A DNA stretch of 57,977 nucleotides, filler included, from Dugesia japonica (GCA_001938525.1; 5 parts of 5 records of this genome joined end to end with filler, not necessarily neighbours in it); one strand, 5' to 3'. Counted from the first letter of the whole stretch, positions 40,212-53,209 are shown. The notes: generated by a model not told the origin, from the sequence alone. Program-made: numbers and translations.

Positions 40212-40574
40212 ATGCAACAAACAAATCCAATCAATATACCTCGGTCGGATGCAACACCAATCGCCAAGAAAGTAGCAAATGTATTAAAATTAATACAAAC
40301 CCTAGAGTCAGTAGAAGAAATAGAAACGCGTTTTAAATGTACCAAGTGCAGCTTATTAATGATAGAACCAATGCAGAGTAGCTGTGGATGCAGATATTGT
40401 TATCAATGCATCAGTAAACACCTTAAAGAAAACCCGAATAAATGTTTTAATATTGAATGTCAAGAAATTACTCAAGTACTACCCGACCGAGCAATGACCA
40501 GAAAGATAGCAGGTCTGTAAAGAGCTTGCCTATATCCAGAATATGGGAGTTGGAAGCCGAAGTGGAATGGCTGA
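40212..40574 (+). pseudogene. TRAF-type RING finger N-terminal fragment
   Basis: RFKCTKC...EPMQSSCGCRYCYQCI...C....C...PDRAMTRKIAGL*RAC...GSWK follows the TRAF RING-zinc finger layout (C..C...P.Q..CGHRFC..C...PD.A..REI..L...C...GC.W); nonsense codon at 40518-40520. Confidence 0.7.
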
Positions 40575-41367
40575 GAACAAACAATTGAGCAAACGGATGC
40601 ACCACCAACCATCAACGTCCTCATCAGTTTCTCCTCCAAGAAAGAAACGGAAGATTTTTGTAGATCTTTCCGAGGACAATTAACTGACAAAACAACAAAA
40701 CTATTGTGCATTTTATGTCATCTAATAACTTTTTGAAATAATTACATGACATAACCTTTTATTGGAATATATGTAATTTTAAAACAATTGTTAAATAAGC
40801 TCATATAAAAGCATATATTTACTCTTAAAAACCTATGATTATCTTATAAAACATTTAATTACTATATTAAACTCTATAAAAGTATAATGAGAATATATAA
40901 AACCCTATATTTACTCTATAAAAATCTTATAATTCCTAAAAAAAACCATATAAAAAGCGATCTAATAACAAATAAAACCACATAAATACCATATAGAAAC
41001 ATAAAACCCATCAATCATATAAAACTATATTAAGACCTTAAAAAACCATATAATAACCATATATTTACCTTATAAAAACATATAATGACTCTATAATTAC
41101 TTTAGTAAACCATATAATAATCATATAGAAAAATATAAATACCTTTTAAAAATACCTTATATAATTACCTTATGAAACCCTATTAAATCATACAAAAACC
41201 ATATTAAAACATATCAACCATATAAAACTCTATTAAATTTATATAATTACCATATAATTACCACATGAAACCTTAATATTACCTTGTGAATACAATTAGA
41301 CTATATAAAAATCTATAAAAGTATATAAAAACCCGTATATTTACTTAGTAAGTGAGCTTTTTTATAC

Positions 41368-41522
41368 TTACATTCCTATTTGCAAACCTATAATGTCTTT
41401 GTTAACTTGCTCTTTGTTCTAGTTGAACTCATGTTCTGTTTATTTTTTTTACATTCCTATTTGCAAACCTATAATGTCTTTGTTAACTTGCTCTTTGTTC
41501 TAGTTGAACTCATGTTCTGTTT
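41368..41522. repeat. Perfect 74-bp tandem duplication (period 81)
   Basis: TTACATTCC...GTTCTGTTT at 41368-41441 and 41449-41522. Confidence 0.9.
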
Positions 41523-42015
41523 GACTTGCATTTTGGTTGCATAGGTATGATTCATACTCTTTTTAAACATATATTTGTGTGTATGTATTGATTCATTGCA
41601 TGCGTATTAATTTATTATATGATAAAAAACTTAATATAAGTTCGATAATATTTTATAAGACTTTAAAACCCTATAGAACACTCATACAGCTATATAAAAA
41701 AGATTCATATAAAACCCAAATAGATAATATTTAACCCTATAATAACTATATATAACTATATAAAAACCCTATAATAACCATATAAACCTATATAAAAACT
41801 ATATAATAACCCATATAAAACTATGCAAAAGCAAATCTTATTTCAACACTCAATTTTGCTTAGTAATCAACCATTTACATTGTATTATGGTATGAGCATT
41901 TTAAGTATACGAGTTAAATTGTGTATGAATTTAGTTTATTATGTGTGTATGTTGGTATTTTGTACATGTATTGTTCATTACGCATCATTATTGTTTTGTA
42001 AAAAATAATTTGTGT

Positions 42016-42227
42016 AGTAGGTAGATGTAAGCTCTCTGGCACTTTTTTACCTATCCCCCCTAGAAAAAAATTCTTCAAATTTGGTGCTTCAAAATTGGTA
42101 AGTCCTCTGGCTTTTTTTTATTAAATTAACTTCGGAAAATTTCCCCATTAAAATAACTTGGAAAAAAATTTCTATTAAATAACTGGGTTTATCCAAGTAA
42201 TAAATAGAGGCCTTACATCTACCTACT
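42016..42227. mobile_element. 212-bp MITE-like element with AGTAGGTAGATGTAAG termini
   Basis: AGTAGGTAGATGTAAG...CTTACATCTACCTACT; first 11 nt are identical to the 15286 element terminus. Confidence 0.75.
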
Positions 42228-45200
42228 ATTCATTAAAAAGTTTATGATGACAATGTTAATTCCCAATAAATAAACTTAGGAAAAATATTCCCATTAAAAA
42301 AGATGAGGTTAAAGTTTTTTAAAATCTTAGTTATAAAAATAAACAATCTTTTTCTCTTAATCATAATAGTAATAAAGAAACAAAATTGATAATTAATAAT
42401 AGCTTATATTTTAAGAAATCTTTTAACAGAAAAAATAAATTTAATTTTAATTAAATTAAAAAAATTTAAATAAAAAGAAGTGTTAATTAATTTTAATAAA
42501 AAATGATTGAGACTTATTTTTTACATACCTTACGGTATGACTGATTTCACTTTCAATAATGATCCACTATAAATTAAATAAATTTTTTAAAAATAAAAAA
42601 GCTGTAAAACCTGTAATTAATAAATTCTCATCTTTTAATAAAAAAAATTTTTACTAATAATTCATAAAGAAAATTTTAAAAAATAAAAGTCAATAAAATA
42701 TCAAAATAACACTTTAAATTATTTTAATAAAAAATAATTCAATTTTTTTGTTGGTTCAGATGAATATGGTCCAATTTTTCCTCGGGATTGGTAATTTTTG
42801 GGTGGTTTAGGTGAAAAATTGTTGAAATTTCTCGGTGTAGTCAGATCTGGACAAACTTGATCGGTTTTAGAAGAATTCGGTCAAATTTTTCTCTGGTATA
42901 GTTCATTTGGGTAATTTTTTAGTGAGTTGGTCGACGGTTTCCTCGGGAAAGGGAAATTTGGGTCAGTTTTGGAAATTTCGGTCAATTATTTACTCACAAG
43001 GGTCAGTTTTAGGTGAATTTGAAATATAATTTTCTCGGGTTGACCAGTTTGGGTTGAATTTTAAGGAAATTTATGTGAAAAGTTTAATTTGTTTAAATGT
43101 TTAAGTTTTTTAAAAACTTTTTATGGGAATTTTTTATAGTAATACGGGCAAACTGTTCATGTTGTTTAAATAATATGAAAATTTAAAATTTTTTAAATAA
43201 ATTTTTATGGAAATCTGGGTTTAAACTTTTGAAAAACTATGTTCTATATATCAGATTTCAAAGATTTTTATACCACACTGCTGAGCATTTCATGGCAATC
43301 ATTTCTCACAAATAAAAATATTTCGAAAATATTTTCCGTCTCAAATAAATTAAGAAAGTATCTATTAGATAGAGAAATTTTTGCTGATTCCAAATATGTT
43401 AACCTAAAATCGCCAAAGTTAATACTCGATGAAATAAATGGGGTTTTATTGTGAAAAAATCTCAAATTTATAACTTTTGTACTCAATTTTCTCTGCGTAC
43501 ATAACTCGTATGATTTCAAAATTGGTATTATTTTACTAAGGAGGATAAAGTGATTGTGTAAAGTTAAAAAATGTTCTCAGCAAAAATGGTTCCTAACGAA
43601 TATGTACAGCCTTCCTCCCGGATTTTGGTAACATTTTTCGAAAATATCAAATGTACCTCAAACTTTATCGAAATTGATACTATTTGATTGGAAATTTTAC
43701 GGTAAATACAAATAAAATGGTTAAAAATCACCAAACTTTATAGATCAAAAGTTTTATTGAAAAACCAGTACTTAAATTGGGAGTCCCCGAGGAACATAAA
43801 AATATGATAATTATTTTTCAGTAAGGTCAATTTTGGGTAGTTGTTTAGATAAATTTCGATGAAATTTCACTCTTTACTAGTCTTCAGTTATCAAAATTCT
43901 GTGAACTGTAAACTAGTGCTCAAACATTTAAGCTCTACAATCTTTACATTGGTCCTCAGACATAAAACTCTGCTAGCTGTTCACTAGTACTCAGATATAA
44001 AAACTCTGTTAGCATTAATTAATCAATTAGCATTAATTAATTATCAATAGTTTTCTCACTATTTACAGATCTTTACTCTTCACTAGTGGTAAATTTACTG
44101 TTTAGTTACTATTTAATTATTTAATCTGTTCTATATTTTTACTTGTAATTTGAAATAATTAATAATTTGGTTTTAGCTTTCTAGATTATTTTAATTCAAT
44201 TATTTTAATTAGTGTTCTATTTTTATCGTTAAAATTTAATGAAAGTTTAATTTATATAATGAATTTTAATTTAGATTGATTCATTGAAATAATTTATAAT
44301 CATTTATTGAAAAAAATTCATATAATTGATTGAATAAATTAATTATGATGAACTGATTAATTTTCCATGTGTAATTTGAATAAAAATTTACCTTTGTAAA
44401 TAAATGTTTAATTGTGTTTTGAAAATAAATTAGATTTCAATTATATATTTTTATGATTTAATTTAAAATTTTTTACNNNNNNNNNNNNNNNNNNNNNNNN
44501 NNNNNNNNNNNNNNNNNNNNNNNNNNNNNNNNNNNNNNNNNNNNNNNNNNNNNNNNNNNNNNNNNNNNNNNNNNNNNNNNNNNNNNNNNNNNNNNNNNNN
44601 NNNNNNNNNNNNNNNNNNNNNNNNNNNNNNNNNNNNNNNNNNNNNNNNNNNNATATAATTGAAAAAATAGAATAAGTATGATGGATTTAATAATTTTCAA
44701 ATAATTATCAGTAAAAGTACCTAAAACTTGAATTTATGTGAAAACACATTTATTTCAGAAAATCTATCAAATAAATAGTAAAAATTATGCTTTTTAAATT
44801 AGAATCGAGTATTAATGAAAATAAAAATTTAACTTAAATTTAAGCATCAAAGTAACTATTAGATAGAAAATTTTATGCTAAGTAAGAATAACATGGTTAA
44901 AAAATCGTCAGTCTTTAACCTTAATGAAAATAGTTAATTTCAAACTTTAATTATAATAATTGAAATTTTTATTAAGCATTATATAATTGGAAGTAATTCT
45001 AAATAATTATTGAAAGTGACTAAAATAATTGATTGAATAAATAATTTTCAAATAATTATGAGAAAAATATCTAAAACATTAATTTTTAGTGTAAAATACA
45101 GCCACTATAGAATTTTTAAAATAATAAGTGAAATTTAAGCTTTTACAATTATAAAGATGAAAAACATTTACAATTTTTTATTTTCAATTATGATATTACA

Positions 45201-45577
45201 ATAAATAAGAATAATTTTAAAATTAAATTCAATGAATCAAATGCGTTACTCAAATAGTTATTGATTTGATTATAATTTTACTTTGAATAAAATTTCTTTG
45301 AAGGTTTAACTAATTAACTTTAAAAAATTTTAAATGAATAAATTAATTGATTTTAAAGGCAAATAATAGGTTTAATTGGATAGATGTTTAATGATTGATT
45401 AAATTTATGTTCCAAGTAGGTGATTAATTGATTAATAAACACATTGGAAATATATTGTTTAACAGATATTACTATATTAAGGTAATAATTAATCGGTTTA
45501 TTCCGGTTATGAAATTTTACAGTTCCTTTAAAAATCAACCATTTAATAAAAAAATTAAACATTAAAACAAAAATCTA

Positions 45578-45800
45578 ACTATAACAAGGAAAATGCAGCT
45601 ATATTAAAGAAAAAGCAACACGAAATTAACTATAATAAGGAAAATGCAAATTGAATTCATCTATAACAAAAAAAATGCAGCTACATTAAAGAAAAAGCAA
45701 CACAAAATTAACTATAATGAGGAAAATGCAAATTGAATTCATCTATAACAAGGAAAATGCAACACTAATGAAACTAGAACAAGGAAAATACAACATGAAT
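45578..45800. repeat. ~30-bp minisatellite (CTATAACAAGGAAAATGCA core)
   Basis: About six degenerate units visible directly. Confidence 0.8.
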
Positions 45801-46799
45801 TCCATTAAACAAAGAACATGTGTCATTTGTGCGACATTAATGCAATGGAAACAATGAAAATGCATGATAAATCAAAGTTTCAAAAAGATTTCTTTAGAAT
45901 TTTATGGGATTTTATAGGTTATCTATATAGTTTTATAACATTTTATTGGTTTGAAAATGTTTTTAAAGTTCATAAGATTTTAATTAATAAATTTTAGCTT
46001 AATATTAAATAAATTTTTGTTTAAGTATGTTAAATTAAAAATAACTGATAATTATTTATTATTATTATATGGAAATTCTTAAATATTTGTTTTTGTTTAA
46101 CTGAGTTAAATAAATTAAATAGTAGATTACCTTGAAAATCTATTATAAAATAAGAGAATATTTATTTGTTAATTTATTTTAATGAATTTTTTTATTTTAG
46201 ATAAAAACAAAATGAATTCAAAGAAAATATTTCAACAAACATGACGAGAAGCTTTAACATGGTAAACTTTATTAATTAATTTATTGTTATTGATTTATAT
46301 TTTTGACTGAAAGAAAAAATAAATGATGTGTCTAAAGAATTTTATCACAAATGACAAATGAATTTTTGAAAGAGGTTAGATTTATTAAGATTAAATTTTA
46401 GGTTAATGACTTTCTTTAATAATTATAAGTTAATGATTTTATTTTAATAATTTTAAGTTAATGATTATATTTTAATTGGATTATAACTTCATTTCAATTT
46501 TTAATGTAATGATTTAAACTTTACATAATATTATCAAATTTTAACTTAATAATTTTTATTTGATTTAATAATTTTAATTGAACTTAATGATATAACTTAA
46601 TTATTATGAAAAGAAGCCCATTTACAGGTAATTNNNNNNNNNNNNNNNNNNNNNNNNNNNNNNNNNNNNNNNNNNNNNNNNNNNCTAAATTTAAACAACT
46701 GTACATAATGACTGTGATTATCCATGTTTTATCAACAATAAATTTTATGTTTTGATTATTTTTTTTATTTGTTTTTTATATATTATTTTTAGCATTGCA

Positions 46800-46980
46800 T
46801 GAGAAGCATCTAATCTTAATATTGCTCGAGGAAAATTCACTTCAAAATTGAAAAATTTAATATCTCTATAGATATCTCTATAGTAAATACCATCAATATC
46901 TGGTATAGTATTTTTGGCACGTCTAAGTTCATGTAAGATTTCGTCAGAAGAAAATAATTCAAGATTTAATCGAAGATTTG
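46800..46980 (-). mobile_element. Non-LTR retrotransposon pre-RT fragment
   Basis: FSSDEILHELRRAKNTIPDIDGIYYRDI resembles the F...EI...L....NT.PG.DGI.Y motif upstream of LINE RT domains. Confidence 0.55.
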
Positions 46981-48180
46981 GTCGATAAATTTTTAGCAAA
47001 TGGAGAGCGGACGAAAGAAAAACTCATATCAAAAATGCTAATAACTTGTGCAAAGAGTGAAAAACCAGAGGAGATTATCATGCAAAAATTGGAGAAAGTA
47101 GAAGATATAAAAGAAACGTTATCATTAGTTGAAAAAATAGAAAGAAGAGAACCTGTTAATATAGTAAAGAGTTACGCTGGTGTAACACGCGGAGAAGGTT
47201 TTGGAGAAAGGAGACAAAATATTTAGAGAGTAACAAAAGAACAGAACCACATTATGGGCATACAAAAAGAGAGTGTCCAAAAAAGTATCATGTGGAAAAG
47301 GGCATTTAAGTAGAAATTGTCCAGACAAGAAACCACCAAAATGTTTTGGGTGTGGTAAGATTTGTTATATCAGAAAGATTTTGACAGAAATTGTATGTGG
47401 GAGATGTAGAAAAACGGGTCGCAGAGCAGAAGAAAGCTTTTCGAGCATTAATAAACCTAGACTAGAAGAGTGAAGATACAATTTTAAAAGCAGACAAAAA
47501 ACGAAACATTAGAGTCAGACAAAACCAATTCATGCCTTTTGAGAAGAATTTGATGATGAGAATGAAAAGAGGTTCTCTGAGAGCATAATATAAAATGAAG
47601 ATCCAAGAAGAGAACACCCAAAAGGCAGGGCTCCATCAGTAGAGCAGTTGGTTGGAGACATTCATTACACGAGATACCGTTTGAATATACTCAAGAGGCC
47701 GAGAAATGGAATGAGACGAGTAAAGTGGGAGAAAAGGTTTACAGATTCCTAAAAAGAGAAAGTTTCAATGATGCGGAAGTTAACAAAGCAGAAGTGATAG
47801 GAATAATTGAAGAGAAACAGAATGCAGAAATTTCGTATGATAAAAGGCAAGGGAGACCTAGAATTTCAGTGATGATCAAGGGTGAACAGTTTGATTGTTT
47901 GTTAGATACAGGAGCAAGAATNNNNNNNNNNNNNNNNNNNNNNNNNNNNNNNNNNNNNNNNNNNNNNNNNNAGTTTGATTGTTTGTTAGATACAGGAGCA
48001 AGAATAAATGTGATGAGCATGAAAGGATTTAATAGACTCGGAGAAGAAATGCTAGAGAAAAGCGAGAAACTATTGTATTGCGCAAATAACAGCTCATTGG
48101 AGACAATTGGAAAGATACGTATTGAAGTTGTAGTCTCAAAGGTGTGCAAGGAAGTAACATTCATAATTTGTAATGAATGA
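46978..48180 (+). mobile_element. Gypsy-like LTR retrotransposon gag-protease remnant
   Basis: Three decayed zinc knuckles (CGKGHLSRNC, CFGCGK, CGRCRKTG) and retropepsin CLLDTGARINVM...CANNSSLETIG. Confidence 0.88.
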
Positions 48181-48481
48181 TAATCAGAATAATAATCACA
48201 ATAGTCATATTATATTCATTGGATTGTTGCTGGCTGATTTGATTCTTTGGGTTTGAATTGATTACTCGAATATTGGTTTGAATGTTTGATCATTGCATAT
48301 ATTTTTATGTGTATGTTGTGAATGGGTGCTTGTTTATTAAGGTTCGTTCGTATCATTTGTATTTTCCCCAACATAAAAAACCACAACGTAATATATTAAT
48401 CATTTGAAAATTAAATCTAAATATAAATTGATATTTTTTGTACTTGAATTGTGCTTGTTTTGAAACCGTGTTTCGAATTTT

Positions 48482-48959
48482 CTAAATTGTTTCAATCAAA
48501 CTGAATAAATCTGAAGTAATTTTATTCAGATATCCTTGAAAATTCAGATTTTTAAGCGCTAGTATTACTAGTTTTCCTGTTGATAACATATTTACACATA
48601 AAGGGTCATATTTTAGAAGTCTTAGAGCAGGAAATAACTCTGGCTCGAACCAAAAGTTGACTATTCTTGCTACTTCATACAAATTTATTGAAACTCCAAT
48701 ATTTACGACAATTTTTAGTGATTGTAATTGTAAAGTTTTTATATCACAGGGGTTCAAATCATGCGGTTTCAATGGTTTCTTTCAAACCCATTATTCTGGA
48801 TTTTCCAGATCGGAAGAAAATAATTGTATATTGGTCACTTTTGACTTTAAATTGGCATGGCTTGCCTATAGGAAATCTCATTTTCTTTGTTACTTCTTGT
48901 GACACTTCACCTCTGTAATTAATATTGGTAATCATAATTAATGAATTAAAGAGAAACAT
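48482..48959 (-). pseudogene. Intronless TATA-binding-protein-like gene with a single frameshift
   Basis: Two overlapping ORFs join into ~150 aa with both TBP repeats: MITNINYRG...TIIFFRSGKSRIMG / LQSL...INLYEVA...FEPELFPALRL...PLCVNMLSTGKLVILA (cf. TBP IFSSGKMVCTG and YEPELFPGL...IFVSGKVVLTG). Confidence 0.8.
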
Positions 48960-49030
48960 TGGGGTTTAGATGGAGTTAATTTAATTGATTCATTTAAACA
49001 AATATAAACAATGTATTAAACTATGAATAA

Positions 49031-49470
49031 ATTAAAGAAAAAAAATTAAGAAATGATGCAGTCTATCAAATTTTTGGATCTATTCGTAGTAAGAAAACTT
49101 TGTTTGTATGTCAATTATTGAAATCAAATTTATCCAAGTCGAAACTAAAAAACATATACTGGAATAGGGGTGCATATGAGGAGTTTGGTTTGTCTAAATC
49201 TGAATTTTGTAATATTAAAATGAAAATTATAAATGGTTTTCAATCTAATTGGAGCAAAAGATTAGGACCAGATGATGTTATTGTTATTGATGATATGTAT
49301 CATGAGGCAAATAAAGAAAATGATTTCAATAATTTATTCATAAAGATATCAGGGCATCGTAATGTGACTGTGATAGTCATAAAACTCGAAATTTAAACGT
49401 ACATTATTTGGTTCTATTCAAAAATCCTAGAGATCAGACTGTTGTTGATTTTCTCGCAAGAAAATTGTAG
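49031..49470 (+). mobile_element. Polinton/Maverick A32-like genome-packaging ATPase (decayed)
   Basis: Degenerate Walker A GSIRSKKTLFV; Walker B VIVIDDM; LFIKISGHRNVTVI; after a deletion/frameshift, NLNVHYLVLFKNPRDQTVVDFLAR, the Polinton ATPase HHRN...N.HY.VLFKNPRD signature. Confidence 0.85.
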
Positions 49471-49563
49471 TTGGTTCAGTTACTGATAATGTTAAAAAAC
49501 GGAAAACACCGGTTATGAAGAAAAAGACGAAAATGTCGTATAAGAAAAATCTCATAAGAAGCA

Positions 49564-49663
49564 NNNNNNNNNNNNNNNNNNNNNNNNNNNNNNNNNNNNN
49601 NNNNNNNTTAATTAATTAANNNNNNNNNNNNNNNNNNNNNNNNNNNNNNNNNNNNNNNNNNNN
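49564..49663. other. Artificial scaffold linker
   Basis: N44-TTAATTAATTAA-N44. Confidence 0.95.
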
Positions 49664-51991
49664 TATAACCCCTCGATCAACAGTATCGAGTTAGGAATTA
49701 AAATCATTTGAACGACCTAAAATCAAAAGCAAACGAAGATTGTTACAACCTGGATGTTTTTCTTCTAAGTAATTTAAATCTTCCCATTTATCCATTTTTT
49801 GATAAAACGTTGATCCAAAAACGGTGAAGGACAACGTCTGTTTATTTTTGGCAATTGTATCTTGTGCTACTCTTATCTTAATAGGAAAACGCTGAGTAAA
49901 ACGTTTAACAATTTTTACATATAAAATTGTCATTTTTATAATACGAAGTGGTGTTAAACATTGGTCATTGAAAAAGAATTACTGAGAGTTATTTTATTCG
50001 TTTTTAAGTTTTTATACTACTTTATAATAATAGCTAAAATCTTACAGTTCTATTTAGAACTTATCAAGCACAGATTGAAATAAACTAAAATCGCTTCCTT
50101 CCAAACTCATTTAATTTACCGCAACCGGATATTAACTGATTTTAGACTCAAATAAGAGCACTTATTGTGAGGAATAATAAAATCACATCTACATGTTTTT
50201 TAAAATACAAAAACGCAACCGAACACATTTGTTGAACTTCACAGAGATAATTAACTTACTACTGGCAAGACATTGGTTAACATCAATGATTTTGTGGGTA
50301 GTTTAAAAAAATGAATGACTTCGTATTTACATGGATGAAGGTGCTTATATATAAGACAGTGCATTTCTAATTTCTTTGAGCGTATATTCATGCCATCAAT
50401 TTAAATTCCATACTTCTGCTGATTCCATTTAAAAGTTAGTTTCACTTTGACTCCGTTTGAGTCAAAATATTTTTCGTTTAAATAGATTTCAACTGAGAAA
50501 ACAGTAAAACTAATAAACTAATGATAGATCTGTGTTCCAATGTATGGCAAGATGTATGCTTTAAACAAAATATGATTAAAAATACGATATGATGAGATCA
50601 ATTAAGATGATGACAGTGATAACAGCGCTATGGTCGAAGAATAAATTTGACAAATAATGAATAAAATGTGTTAAACAGATACAATGAAGGAGAGAATGGA
50701 GTACTAACACGCACTCAAACTAAGTTAACAATAATTCTTCACGGGGTTCTATTATGCGATACTTTTTTAAAGCCTAATTTAAAATTGAGTTGCCTAAATG
50801 GAATTCCAGCAGAATAGTCATTATTTTGTATGTAAAGATGAATTTATATTTTGAAAAAATACTGTTTTTAATAGATCTTACCATTTTAAATTCTTTAATA
50901 CTCACTTAGAACTTTAAATTCGTTAGAAAAGCACGATAACTTATATTTTAAAGGAAATAAGCCTTCTGAAAATACTTTTCCTTATAAAATTTGTATATAG
51001 TTTGATAAGTTTCGTTGAGACTTTTTATATTCTCACCATTAAGAATCATGGGTAGATATTCAAATTTGTAATGCTCATATTGTTCAAGATCTTGTAAAAT
51101 GTTTATCCAAGAATTGATGAGATCATCCAAGAACTGGAACGTTAAGTTATTTAACTTAATATAGACATTAACATTTATACAATATGTTGTGAACTTCAGA
51201 ATTAACAGTGCTTTTTACTCATACATCCTATAAAAGTACGAAATCGATTTATAATACAATTTAATTAACATTTACTTGAACAATTGAACACTTGATTGAT
51301 TTGCTAACAATTTTCGTGCTATTTATAAGATATTTTTATTATAATATACTACCTAAATTATTATTTAGAAGTCGTCCATTAATTATGTTAACAAAATTGG
51401 GGAATAATGTTTGACTAAATATGACAATAGTTGGCAAGGTGAAGGGGGGGGGGGTAAAAAATTGACTGAAATTTTTTTACATAATTCAAGGAAAGCTCCT
51501 CAGGAATTATAAGATGACAAATCAAAATATTTTTCTAATGAACACTAATTTAAGAAATTGAATAATAAAAAATAAAGTTTTGGTTTTTAAATTTTGAAAA
51601 TAATATTGATAAATAGCATAAAACTAGAAATGTGCTCTATATAAAATCTTTGGGAAACAATATTCTAACTTATTTTATTAAGTTTACTAAAAAGATGATT
51701 CAGGCTTAAAATAAGTAATAAAACAAGTAAAAAAAGTTTATTAAACCAATTATATTTGAAGTTTAAATAAAATTATATTCTTCAATTTTAATTTATTTAA
51801 TTAATAATAAAGTAAATTTTCAAATAATTCAATCGTTGTTTATTTGTGTAATTTTAATTTACTCCAAAATAATTTTTTTGAGAATATATTTAAATATTTT
51901 TTTTCTTTAAAGGCGAAGTAAATTAATATATTTATAAGCTTTTCGAATAACAAAAACAAACATATTGGCAGAATCTTTTAGCAAATATTCA

Positions 51992-52527
51992 ATGAATAAA
52001 ATTATCAATTATGATGAATTAGTTGACTCAGATATATGGATGAGCGATCCTGTTACTGAAAAATCAGAGTTACTTGTAAAACATTTTTTACTGAATTATT
52101 ATATTTTAAAACTTATTGTAGAAAAGTTCTAGTTATCGTGCAAAAATGGAAAAACTTTGTTTACAAGTTCAAGTAATTAGTGAACTAATTATAAAACAAG
52201 GTAAAATGATTTAGGGTGAATTATGTCGAAGTATGGAAAGAATTGACGGAAAAGCTAAGTTTTTAGTAGATAAATGGAATCGAAAAGCTGTAAAAAAGAA
52301 ATTTACTTGATTTATAATTAAGTAAAATTTGTTTAAAGGGCGGAGGTGGTGTAACATGCGTCATGTCTGATGGGGATGTTTTTGAGAAGGCTGGAGTAAA
52401 TATTTCCTCTATTCACGGTTCTTTAACAAAACAAGCAGTAATCCAGATGAAGGCCAGACTTACTGACCTGAATGAACAATTGGATTACAAATTTTTTGCT
52501 TGTGGAATCAGTTCCGTTATTCATCCG
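51992..52527 (+). CDS. CPOX: Oxygen-dependent coproporphyrinogen III oxidase, four 5' exons (partial)
   Basis: Exons 51992-52075, 52122-52172, 52215-52289, 52339-52527; introns of 46, 42 and 49 nt; peptide WMSDPVT...AKMEKLCLQVQGELC...[39 protein letters not shown]...FFACGISSVIHP; donor at 52528; true start may be further upstream; 3' exons not found. Confidence 0.93.
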
Positions 52528-53209
52528 GTAAATTTTTTTCTAATCGTAATCATCAATCTTCATCTTTTAATTACGTAATTTTCTGTTATATATACTGTGA
52601 ATAACTAATAATTACAGTGGCGACAGCCGCCTGTGCTTAATTAATCATCANNNNNNNNNNNNNNNNNNNNNNNNNNNNNNNNNNNNNNNNNNNNNNNNNN
52701 NNNNNNNNNNNNNNNNNNNNNNNNNNNNNNNNNNNNNNNNNNNNNNNNATGATTACAGTGGTGACATCCGTCTGTGCTTAATATCAATATCATTAAATTG
52801 TTAATTTTTAATTAATTACTTTAATTAATTAATTTATTAATTAAATTATTTTACTATTATAAAGCATTATTCTGTTATATATACTGTGAATAACTAATAA
52901 TTACAGTGGCGACAGCCGCCTGTGCTTAATTAATCATCAANATCANTAAATTGTNAANTTTTAATTAATTACTTTAATTAATTAATTAATTAATTAAATT
53001 ATTTTACTATTATAAAGCATTATTCAAAGGAACTGGTTAATATTATCAAATGGTTGCCTGGAATGAGCAACGAGTCTGTTTTAACTCATAAATGTACAGG
53101 AAACCTAAGAGACCCGCGGGTCACCGAGTGACCCATTTGTGTTCCGAACTTGTAAATGTGACCAAATATTTTCACAAATGAAAATTTGATTTAAAGTAAA
53201 AACACGAGC

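Noticed and set aside
47882-48005. Apparent duplicated protease motif FDCLLDTGAR
   Set aside because: The identical sequence flanks both sides of an N gap, so it is an unmerged contig overlap; the same applies to 4676-4955/5006-5285 and 52582-52650/52872-52940
48482-48959. Host TBP gene
   Set aside because: Too divergent from canonical TBP, intronless, frameshifted and adjacent to a Polinton ATPase, so no gene symbol was assigned
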